Source: Antedon mediterranea
Lineage: Eukaryota > Animalia > Echinodermata
Direction of reading: 5' to 3'
Assembly (NCBI RefSeq): GCF_964355755.1
Contig: NC_092677.1
Coordinates: 6,346,101 to 6,410,100, forward strand
Length of the DNA: 64,000 nucleotides
The position numbers and the translations under genes are program-made. Below, piece by piece: positions 36,005 to 47,188 of this stretch. The notes beneath the pieces were generated by a model. It had not been told where the DNA came from. It was given only the letters and a program-made list of their open reading frames with translations, and searched no databases. Every line of letters begins with the position of its first letter. The stretch's first letter is position 1.

Positions 36005-39000
36005 TTTTGTATATTTTTAGAAGAGGTAGGCCTATACACACTTTGCGCTATGAGTTATAGTTTTCGACAAACATGACGACATCTCCATTCACATCTTCGT
36101 GTCCGTTTAAATGGAATCTGAAAGATAAAAGTGTATTCTTAAACCAATGGAATTCTGTTTAAAAAAAATCCGTTCTTTTTATGTTTGTACTTAAATTAGT
36201 CAATCTTTGGTGAACGTCCTATCTTAAAACATACAAACAAGCCATATAACCTCACATTTTTAACGGATTGATTATTTCTCTTTCATCTTGGTTCAATAAC
36301 GCATGCAAACGTATATTTTATATAAAAAATAAATTGTTTAGAACCCGTGGCTACCCCTTAAACTGTATGATAACGACAATGTATTCTCAATATGAATTCT
36401 ATTCAATCTGATAACATAAGTTTACTTAAATGGAAACTGAACAACAATAAACTGTTGCTAGAGGTGAAACTATGCATTAAAAATGTCACAAGTACACAAA
36501 TACGATTTATGTCCAAGTTTAATAGCAATACTTAATTATATCTAAATGACAAATACAAATTGAAGTTTATGAGTTTGTATTTGACCAACAGAAAACACAT
36601 ACGTTAATTACAGCCGCGTTTATATTCATTTACTGTGGTCCCCTTTAAAACGTCACCTATAAATCTGAGGCCCTATTAAGAGCGACAACCTTGTCTCGTG
36701 CGTCATTATTACCTACGCTTAGGAGGAGGTTATAATTTTGTCTGAGATTTGAGTGCGTGGGTGTGTTTGTTAGCAGGATAATCGTCAAAACTAAAAGATG
36801 AATCTTTAACAAATTTAATCCAATTTTGGAGACAACCCAGCCAGACCAAGATCCCATTTCTGGACCACTTATTATTACACTTAGGCCGATGCAACAAGCA
36901 TCACATTTAAACCACTGATAGATATGTGGTCACGGACGACTCCATGCCACTCTTTATCACGATTCTTGATCCTTTTTCTCGATTAACCCCTGGTGGAAAC
37001 TGCAACTAGTCTCAGATTCTCTTGTTTTATTTATTATCACCATTAACAACATGTAGGCCTACTGCAATATTGACGCGGTAGTAGTAGTCGCATATTGTTT
37101 GATGTTATTTTGATTAGATTGGTTAACTAATATCACGTGTCACTGATTATTAGTTCTAATCTACATGTAAAGTTTTATTTTAAATTTATAAAGTTGTATA
37201 TTCAGTTTTACTGTATAGACTCTTGTTTGTACCCTGACTCTTTTTACTCACTCGATTCTACACGCCAAGGTGTATAACTACTATCTGATTGGTTAATCTC
37301 GTACCACGTGCCGTTAGTTCTACTGCATGTTAATAGTTCTATTTAATTTCGTTCTATTTAATGGTCTATTGTACGTTTAGCTTTTTATAAATAATTTTAG
37401 AATGTTTATTGTGCGGAAAGGCAGTTGCTCGTTCAACCAGCTAGCTCTGTTCCAATTCAAGCGCAGCAAGGAAACGTAACCATGCCGGCAGGTGCTTGTA
37501 ACTCAAAGTTTGAATGACCAAGCATTCCGTCTGCCTTTAAAATTAGATGGTATGATAGGGGACGGTAGGAGAGAGGATACTATAATTCATACAAATTATT
37601 ATTATATAGTATAGTATTTGCACAAAGACCATATTAATAGGCCTATATTTATATATTTTTATCGGAACTATCTTTCGTCGATTTAAAGTTCGGTCCTACA
37701 TAACTTTTCAACAACAAAAAATGATAAGCATAAGTTTTCCAACTTAGTTGTAATTAACTAAAAAATGTTATGTAGGCCTATCATATAGCGTGATTTCACT
37801 AACGCAGAAACCGTTCAAACACGCTCCATCATGCCCACATGTACAGGGTCTGCGGACTAGTCAGGAGGGGATGACCGCCGTTGCTATGTGTCTCGAAATA
37901 ACCGTTACGCTTGTTAATTTTGTCCCTTTCGTTTACCGTCCCGATGCCAAAGTTCCCTATTAATTCAAGATGGAACAGCAACGTATCTAATTTGACCAAT
38001 CACGACGTTATATATCCATCGGGTTGTGATTACCTGTATTGCGCTTCCTCCTTCCGTCATTGCGTTTCGTCCTTGGAACCAAGCTTATCTCTATTCTTAC
38101 AATCCGGCTTTTTGTATTATAATTATGTAATCAATATTCGCACGTACGTGCAAACATATTGTAGGGAAACGCCAAACCTGGTTATTCGGCTGGTAATATT
38201 ATCAATTTATGTCTCATAAATATGTATACAATACGGCATTTTCTTTAATACCGCGATTGAATTAAATTATGTATTTGAGACTAAAGTGAATTTAGCGATG
38301 GTGATTGTTCCAGAGTAAATAGTATCTGAAACACTAATGAACGCGATTAATTCAGTTTTGCTGTATCTTTACATTTATGTTTGGCAAATATACGGTATTA
38401 CTTATATATATATATCATACAATACAGTATAATTTTAAAAAGTAGTAACAAAGCGTGCGGTTTAAAATAACATTAATTATTATTATTATAGCAATAATGT
38501 TTAGTATTACAGCATAATGATAATATTATTGTTACATTAATATAATACCATAGTCGTGCTGCTGTAGTACCGGTAGTATTTTGGAGTTATAGCACATAAC
38601 TATAACATCGATAGTAGAACCCTAACACATTAAATCAATACAAAATGTCTCTTAATATTAATTTATCTCGTAAGCCTTGGGCTTCTTATCAGCGTGCAAC
38701 GTTAGTAAAAAAAATGAGGAATCACGACGCGATAAGTGAGTTAATTGGGTTAAATTATAACATGCGTTAACTGAAGAAATTCTAAATGTTCAAATGCGTT
38801 ATAACAGATTGGTAAATGCTATTATGGATCGAGTTGACGCGTCAACATGTGGCAACTTATCTATATGGAAACGCATCATCATATAAAAATTCGATCCATG
38901 TTTGACGTCATTATAATATTCAAGGTAATATTTTATCATGTAAAAGAGAAGACGAAACCTTATCTTTAAAAGAAACTGACAACAGAAGCTTTTATAATCA

Positions 39001-39127
39001 TTGTATATTCTCGATTTGAATACACAATACAGAATTAGGCCTAAATATTATATGAACGATTTTAAGTTGCGAATATACATTTCCTGGGCTCCGAGAGACA
39101 CTTCAATCGTGCCCCCTTAATAAGGGT

Positions 39128-39617
39128 TTCCCACTAGAACGTAACGCAAGGACGTAAACGCAACGCAAGCGTTTTAAGCAATGACAAGCGAAGTTATAGA
39201 CAGTTAGTAATCACAAGCGAATAAGCCATCGCTTGTAATTGGTCAATTCACTTGCGTTGCGTTACGTCCTTGTGTTGCGTCGCTAATGTAAGGGCGTGTG
39301 GCGCAGTGTGTTGGACGTTGGACTACCGATCGTCAGACCTAGGTTCGAATCCAACTCTCGCCGCATTGCTTGTATCCGTAGGCAAGATACTTTACTTACG
39401 TTGCCTCTCTCCATCCAGGTGTATAAATGGGTACCCAGTTAGATCTAGACACAACTTTGCGCTGGTTACCGGCTGCATTATGGGATTATGTTTCCATACG
39501 TGTTTGATCCCAAAAAATACTGGGGTAATAATGCTTGTAAAGCGCCTTTGAGCATGATTACTCATGAAAAGGGCGCTATATAAATGTGGTATTATTATTA
39601 TTAGTGGGAACCACGCT
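39128..39617. mobile_element. GGTTCCCACTAG-family MITE interrupted by a SINE
   Basis: 39128-39285 plus 39604-39617 reconstitute the intact copy at 39701-39872. Confidence 0.85.
39292..39603 (+). mobile_element. Full-length tRNA-derived SINE with CORE/V-like central domain and L2-type 3' tail
   Basis: A-box TGGCGCAGTG and B-box GGTTCGAATCC; core GGCAAGATACTT...CCAGGTGTATAAATGGGTACC; tail TGTAAAGCGCCTTTGAG...AAAGGGCGCTATATAAAT followed by (TAT)n. Confidence 0.88.
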
Positions 39618-39700
39618 TTAATAAGGGTTTCCCATAAGTTTTACTGTAGTATAATGATGTCTTGTTCTAAAAATACAAACTCGTAGACATTATGTCTTAA

Positions 39701-39872
39701 GCTTGGTTCCCACTAGAACGTAACGCAAGGACGTAAACGCAACGCAAGCGTTTTAACCAATGACAAGCGAAGTTATAGACAGTTAGCAATCACAAGCGAA
39801 TAAGCCATCGCTTGTGATTGGTCAATTCACTTGCGTTACGTCCTTGCGTTGCGTCGCTAGTGAGAACCACGC
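39701..39872. mobile_element. Intact palindromic MITE (GCTTGGTTCCCACTAG TIRs, Harbinger-like); dispersed family
   Basis: Long imperfect TIRs flanked by TTAA on both sides. Decayed relatives lie at about 38050-38087, 51040-51110, 53140-53250, 55661-55745, 59820-59911 and 63838-63950. Confidence 0.88.
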
Positions 39873-42734
39873 TTAAAGGCATCCAGAAGAATACGCCGTA
39901 CTTCCGTCACAAACATTCATACCTGAAATAAAGTTTTTCTTAATACAGTTTTTTTTGCTATTCTTTATCATCCGGTGACGTGTATAGTTCAATCTAGTGG
40001 CCCATATAATGTTTCAGAATCATAGCGATTTATAAAAGTCAAAATTCAACATTTCAAGTAGCCAATGACATTTCGCAAGAGTACGGAGGATAGTCAATCG
40101 TTTATTCTTATTCTCTATTATTATGTATTTATTATATTATATTATTATATTTTGCAATAAAATATTGATCACAAAGGTCACACAAAACCCACAGGACTAC
40201 AAAGAACATATTAAAACGTTACGAAGAAATATAAAAGTATAGTTCTTCTTAGTTGTAACGAATGATTAAGACGCGCGAATCGACAGCGTAAGCTTATACG
40301 CATGTGCTAAGAGGGATTTGGGAGATAGAAACATGAACACGCATGCGTATAAGCTAACGCTTTTCATTCGCGCGAACAAATTCCCCTAGTGGAAAAACAA
40401 GGAAAAGTAGTCAAAGTGCAAGTGGTAGTAGGCCTATAGCACGTAAGTCTAAAATAAGGGGCAAGTAGGTGAGAATGAATGTAGAGGAAGGGCATGTTTG
40501 GAAGGTGGTTATGCCGAGAAGAGTAATGCAGTGGGGCGTATGTAGGACATGGATCATGCTTCTTGCGTACACACACTTAGCTGATATATTGTAACATCAT
40601 TAAATGTTATTCATAAGTCATCTTTTATAGATTGTAGATGAAAATAGTGCCAGATTTAAGCTGCTTTAGGTCAACAGGAAACAAAAAAATAATACGAGAA
40701 TAATTATCTTCTCCAAAAATCACAAAAGCGTGCCTTTTGTATCGACCGAGAATATAAAAAGTTGAGTTAGGTGAAGACTTAAAAGTTCACCATTTTGTTA
40801 ACAAAGGGAAGATCAATCCGATGTTATTTTTCCAAAAGAAATATCGGAAACCGTAAATAATGACACGTCCAAAAGCATAATACAAATGTCAAAATTACAG
40901 GCGAGCGGAAATTACTGAAATACAGCAGTTTTTTACGAGCGTTCGTTGCCAATGGTTACCGTATACGTTGTAGAAAGTATTTATATGTACTGTATTTGCA
41001 AATGAGTTAACATTTGCATTCAGCTTTTAACGCGGATTTGTTCTTCAGTTTTCATTCATTTAAAAATGTTAACTAAAGCTCTTTCTGTACACTATATCAT
41101 GTGACACATTATGTGATAAATAAATGTGATGTCATATCACACTTCAAACTAGTATTATTATTTAAATTATCTATTTGGGGTTTTTTTCTGCCAATATTTT
41201 ATAACGTTGTTTGTATTTACTATTATTAAGTTATATAATAGTTCTCTTATTTGATTTTATGTCGACACAGGACTGAGTACGTGTTGTCAAATGACTTTGT
41301 TGACACGCATGGTAAGCGCCCCGAGCAACACAATGGACATAAAATACATTGCCTCACTTAAAGTCTATAGCTCCGAGTTGAACATTTATATTTATAAAAA
41401 AAACCAGATAAATGTAGTTCATCATTTTAATAGCTATCAAAAAGGGGAGCGCACGCCCCGAGCGCATCCCCTTGGATTATCCGGCGGTACTGTACGTATG
41501 CGCAATTCAAGAAAGCTCCTAACTTGAGCCTAGACTCAGAAATAGCCTGAGACTAAAACCAAAAATAGCCGCGTAACTGTCTTAACAAAAACCCTGTTTA
41601 CATATCCGTTAAATATATTTTAACCATTGAATGTTAAAAGTTTTATGTGCATCCTTTAACATTATGTAATAATAATAATAATAATAATATCTTTTGTTCA
41701 TTTACAAAAGACTGTCATTTAATGTTTAGAGGAAAAGTATTGTCATGCACGTATACATTCTGCTGTCTTATGTACTGTAGATTCCTGTGGGCCTACCATA
41801 TTGTTTTATTATTTTAAAGAAATTCAAAATTTGAGAAATTTGTTTTTCGTAATGCATTGGTGATATAATCGTATCTATTGATGTTAATATAGTACGGAAA
41901 CTCAAAAGTGTCTTCCCAAAATTGAGTTCATGTTTCTGCGATCCTTGTATCTTAAAATCGGCCAGTCAGAAGGTCATGGAAAAGCTCTAGTACTACGGTA
42001 CATGATTTGATTACAACATTTTTTTTCCTAACAGTTAAATTGCGTCAACAGTTAATTGGGTAAGTGCTCCCGTAGACTCTTGGGTGAAAAAGAAACATTG
42101 ATGAATCGACATCAAGCAACAGTTTCGGCGTCTTAATGGATTGGAGAATATTATGCTAATAGGTGATTACTCCGATTGCTTAAAAAGTTGTAAAAAACAA
42201 ACAACATTTTAGCCTTGTCTAATGAATTGGGAATTCGTGCGGCAGAATAGCAGATATATATAGAAGCAGTCATTTCAATCTGACGATTTCATTTCTTGGG
42301 ATTAATAATTAGTTTTACCATTAAGGTCATCATCTAATGCCCCGAGAGGTGATTTCAATGTATGTTGCATGTTACATTAGCATTGTTTAAAATATTGTAG
42401 TATACACTTTTTTTTCATTTCCATTAGCCGATTTTCGGTACTGTAAGAGGAAAATTCTATAACACAGTGTCACATGTGTGTGGGCCTTTTATAATCTTAA
42501 CTTTTAAAACTAATGCACACGATATTACAATTGACCGATAGGGCCTACAGGATTTATATTTCATAAATAAGTCTACCTCATAGCGGCGGGAAAAAACAAT
42601 TGAAAAATGAAACTAACATAAGTTCACAAAATTGATTATATTTCCCTCTGAAAATAGCCTATTCAAAGTTTGATTGTATTAAACTTTATTTTTCATGTTT
42701 TTGAGGAACAATAAATCTTAAATATTTTGTGATG

Positions 42735-42860
42735 AATATATATACATCACAGGCACAGAATAAATTCTAAACCGCCCGGTGATTTATTGAAATTTAATTA
42801 ATTAATTTGAAACGATAAGATGAGGAAATCTGCTGTGAGAATGAGAAAAAGTCGTCCCAT
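42735..42860 (-). mobile_element. Diverged 3' part of the TA-associated tRNA-bearing repeat (family of 46263-46623)
   Basis: Reverse complement of about 46505-46625 (AAACCGCCCGGTGAT...GATGAGGAAATCTG...GAGAAAAAGTCG), abutting a short (TA)n. Confidence 0.8.
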
Positions 42861-43101
42861 ATTATAATTATATATTGATTTATAACATAATACAAAATCA
42901 AGATTTTAACCTAATATTTTAATAACGACATTAATTGGAGCGTGGCCGACTACATTACATTGCTTTGTAGTCCTAATACTTCTATCTTGCGGCCTAAAGT
43001 CTTTTATCCACTTATTTGCTGCAGGAATCCAACTTCACTCATGTGTCTCTCTCCGAGTTCTGTTCTATTTGCATGAGTGGCTTTGAACGCGTCATAACTA
43101 A

Positions 43102-43750
43102 GACCCCATTTACACTTTCGTTTGGGTCCAGGGCCGGTCCTGGGCCGGTTGCAAATATTTACTTTTTTAGGCCGGCCCAGAGCGTTTACACTACCGACGC
43201 AGATTACTGGTCGTAAATAATTTTATCGGAAGTACCATTGCATGCTGGGATACGAAGTACAGTTTGTTTACATTTTTCTCTCTCGATCGTCAATTCAACT
43301 CTCCGCGCGAACCGACCGTTTTATATTTATAGTACTGTATTGTTGTTTTTTGTCCCATTAAAAACAAAATGAACCCCACTGTTTTATATAATATGGCTAT
43401 ATTTTATGTATATGCGAAACAAGCGGAGGAATACTTTATTGAAAGAAGATGTCTGAAAATAAATTTAACTATATAATGAAGAAAACAAATTGTCGCCCGA
43501 AAAGGAGGAAGGTATGTACTGAGAATGTCGGATCGTCATAACAACAACCTCATAAAAAGGTCAAACGTTGTTCACGGTTCACTGCGTAAGCCGGCCCAAA
43601 CGTAAAAGCCGCTCCTGAACCTACCTGGAGAGGTGGCCCAGATCTGCGTCCGGCCCAGGGCCGGCCTAACTTTTTGGAGTATTTACACTTATCAATTGCC
43701 GACCCAGGGCCGACCCAGGGCCGGCCTAAATCGTAAGTGTAAATGGGGTC
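43102..43750. mobile_element. PIF/Harbinger-type MITE (649 bp)
   Basis: Perfect TIRs GACCCCATTTACACTT / AAGTGTAAATGGGGTC, TAA TSD at 43099-43101 and 43751-43753, and subterminal CCCAGGGCCGG repeats. Confidence 0.9.
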
Positions 43751-45761
43751 TAAGTTTCTGAGCTTTGATTGGTTGCTCAATTTTTGGCTTCATAAATACC
43801 GAAACTATTATTTGAATTCGCTGAAAAGGAATATGAAAAATTAACATATTATTACGCATAAGCTTACGCTTTCTATAATTGCGAATAAATTCGCTAAAAA
43901 AGTACAAGTAGCTATGAACGTTTGTTATGTATTACAAAGTGCGATGATTATTACGAAGTTGAAAGATCGACGTAACATACTTCCGTTTATTTTGAACCAC
44001 CTTAGTTATCCACTCGTTTCCGAATGCACTTTAACGTTGGTGACATGATTGCTAGTTATGAGTTGAAGCTTTGTAATAACACTGAACGAACGCGGTCTCT
44101 TTTTAAAAAGTAAATAACGCGACCACTGACGCTGTCTGAATTATTAATCAATAGGACTTAACTCGTAATAAAAAAACAATAATGATTGATTGTTGATTGT
44201 TAGTATAAGATAAATTTATTCATCAATATGACTGTTTTTCAATTTCCATTTTGTACAGCAATTGTACTTTTCAGACTTTGTGCATTTTTTAAAGATAATT
44301 CATTTTTTGTTATGGAAAATAATGATTTGCAAAAATGATGTAACGTTATTGCTATCTATAATTAAAGGCCGGTTCACACTAGACGTGAACACGCACCGAT
44401 GCTCGGTTGCGATAATTCTTTTCGTACATAAGTTGGAGACCTCTTATAAAATGTTGCAAAATAAACATGAATATTCATTAGTCATATCCACAATTATAAG
44501 GTGTGACGTAAGAATTGATCTAACTGAAATTCGCTAATGCAAACGCTTTACATCGAGCCATCTGTCGAATTGATTAGACTATGGACTTTGCATGTCGATG
44601 TGGTGTTCGAATCCCATACGTATCTTCTTTATAGAGAGAGAGGTTATTATATATGTATATTATATATATCTTTTAGGAGTCCCCAACGAAAACGAAATAG
44701 TGACCCGATTGGCTACCCTATGCCTATTTAAACTATCACTGCCTGGTGTACAGTATAAGTATCTATAAATATCTTTATTTCTTTTGCAATTATCTACATC
44801 TACAAAATAATAATTTAACTAATAACTCTCCTTTGCTAAATTTATTAGACAATCAAGCGAATTCAGATAACAATCCGTAAATTCCCAGCGACGACCATTG
44901 TTTGAGTTTAGTTGTGTTTTCACATTCAATCTGCAGCGCCGCTAATAAACGTTGTGCGTATGTAATCAATCATTTTTCTGATTGGTCAGTTAAAAGAAAC
45001 GTCGCTCGTGAAATCTAACAAAAAATGTACGCGATGCATTGGTCAATTTTATTTCGTCGAAATTGCTTGTTCAAGTGGTAAATAAGTGTATGCTCACATT
45101 TGACGTGAATTCGATACCCCTACAAATTCCAGGAATACTCGCACGCATACTTGATTTTGATACCTTACTGTATGTTTCATATAAAACTCTCACACACACA
45201 TTTACATGTAATGTTTTTCCATCCGTTAAATTTTTATGAGACACACAAGGCCAGCTGGATGAGAGAAATGGTGTTTGAATGTTTCTGCGTATTGGTAACT
45301 TCTTTAAATTAAGTACCGTATGTTGTTGAAATCGTGGAGCTATTTCATTGATTTATTCCACTAACATAACTTACCCCCCAGAACGTATGATATCGTATTA
45401 TGTTAAATATAAATATGATTTCCCATAATAATTGTATTATTTGATTTATATTGTTTTTTATAACTAAGATGTTTCTCTTAAATGCAACTTCCACACTTCA
45501 TTTTCGGAATTCTATAATCAAATCAAATACAAATAAATGTTTATTAAAAACACAATTTTGTCCAAAACATTTTGACAATTCTAACAACGTGTTTAACATG
45601 TATTGTAATTAACGATGTATTGTCCTCCAAACACATGAAAAATGAAGATTAAACAAAATAAAAATTGAATAGACCATTTCGCAGTTTTAATAAAGTTATT
45701 CACTTCCGTAGAAAAAAAATAAACAAAATACAGTTTCCACTTATAAAAAGACAAAATAAAC

Positions 45762-45930
45762 ATTACTGAAAAAAAATGACAATACTGTGGGTGCCCGGTA
45801 TCAGTGGCTGGATCTCAATGGAGATACAAAAAAAAAAGCGAAAAGCTAAATTAAAACGATAAAGTAAAATAGCCAGAAAAGTTAGCAGAGCTTTCGGTCA
45901 ACATGCTAGCCCTTCATCAGTGCAAGTGCA
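45762..45930 (-). mobile_element. Penelope-like pseudo-LTR module (second, truncated copy at 46896-47040)
   Basis: Direct repeat ATTACTGAAAA...GTATCAGTGGCTGGATCTCAATGGAGATAC...GCCAGAAAAGTTAGCAGAGCTTTCGG...CCCTTCAT occurs twice and carries a hammerhead core on the minus strand. Confidence 0.6.
45882..45925 (-). ncRNA. Minimal type I hammerhead ribozyme motif
   Basis: Minus strand reads TTGCA-CTGATGA-A-GG(GCTAGCATGTTGA)CC-GAAA-GC-TC^TGC. Both core boxes are present, stem I is GCA/TGC and stem III is the palindrome AGCT. Predicted cleavage is between 45888 and 45887. Confidence 0.65.
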
Positions 45931-46262
45931 GGAATTTGGATAACGTCATATTATAAGAACTGGCAAGTGCTGCCTGGGTGGACAGGAATAAAAGAAATAC
46001 AACAAAGGAGACAGGGTGGTTAATAGTGGGTGGAGACTGAATAAGATTAGGAAACAAAGAAGGTAGCTTGGTAGAGATATAAAAACTTTTGGAATAGAAC
46101 TATAAAACAGCTTAAATGGTGGTTAACATTGAAACTTAAATTGTGGTAGTCAATGGAATAATATATATATATATATCGTTTCAAAAATTAATTAAATAAT
46201 TTTCAGTGTATCACCGGGCGGTTTGGAATTTATTTCTATGCCTGTTGTGTTTATATATATAT

Positions 46263-46620
46263 AAAAGTATCTCTCGAGATCCCGCTTAGTGAATAAATAT
46301 ACTGAATTATAGATGAGGGCGTATCAATTTGATCTCTGGTGCGCGTGCGTACAACTGAGGACTAGTTGTGTTCCAACCGTACCACGCCGAGAATGTTAAA
46401 GGGTCGTTATCCGATCGAGTTAAAGAACAATAACATGAAAGCCCCAGTGGTCTAATGGTTAGGGCAACTGCATATCAAGCAGACGGTCCGAGTTCGAGTC
46501 TCGGTTGGGGCGACTTTTTCTCATTCTCCCAGATTTCCTCATCTTTATCGTTTCAAAAATTAATTAAATAATTTTCAGTGTATCACCGGGCGGTTTGGAA
46601 TTTATTTCTATGCCTGTTGT

Positions 46621-46623
<3 letters not shown>
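46263..46623 (+). mobile_element. Dispersed repeat bounded by (TA)n on both sides and carrying an internal tRNA-like gene
   Basis: Flanked by (TA)n at 46253-46262 and 46624-46673. Partial copies lie at 46174-46252 (+), 46674-46742 (-) and 42735-42860 (-). No TIRs. Confidence 0.7.
46441..46512 (+). tRNA. tRNA-like cloverleaf, anticodon ATC (Asp); probably repeat-borne or a pseudo-tRNA
   Basis: Acceptor GCCCCAG/TTGGGGC, D stem GTCT/GGGC, anticodon stem CTGC/GCAG with loop ATATCAA, T arm CCGAG-TTCGAGT-CTCGG, G discriminator, and TTTTT at 46515-46519. Confidence 0.6.

Positions 46624-46673
<50 letters not shown>
46624..46673. repeat. (TA)n microsatellite
   Basis: Pure TA run. Other runs lie at 46157-46176, 46253-46262, 46867-46882, 47039-47059 and 47084-47167. 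Confidence 0.97.
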
Positions 46674-46678
<5 letters not shown>

Positions 46679-47062
46679 AAACGATAAAGATGAGGAAATC
46701 TGTGAGAATGAGAAAAAGTCGCCCCAACCGAGACTCGAACTCAGACTAAACTTATCATTAATTACAAATACATCTTTACATGGTGTATACGTAACGACAA
46801 ACATTAGATTATTCTTCACAATTAAATAGTGAGTCTTTAGAATTAATGTTCTTTGCCTGATTTGTTTATATATATATATATAAATCCAAAGGCAAATTAC
46901 TGAAAAAATGACAATGCTGTGGGTATCAGTGGCTGGATCTCAATGGAGATACAAAAATAAAAAGCGAAAAGCTAAATCAAAACGATAAAGTAAACAGCCA
47001 GAAAAGTTAGCAGAGCTTTCGGGCAACACTAGCCCTTCATATATATATATATATATATACAG

Positions 47063-47081
47063 ACAGTACTGTCTGCAGATT

Positions 47082-47169
<88 letters not shown>

Positions 47170-47188
47170 AATCTGCAGACAGTACTGT
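47063..47188. repeat. Perfect palindrome centred on a long (TA)n tract
   Basis: Arms ACAGTACTGTCTGCAGATTGGA (47063-47084) and TCCAATCTGCAGACAGTACTGT (47167-47188) flank an uninterrupted TA run. Confidence 0.92.
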
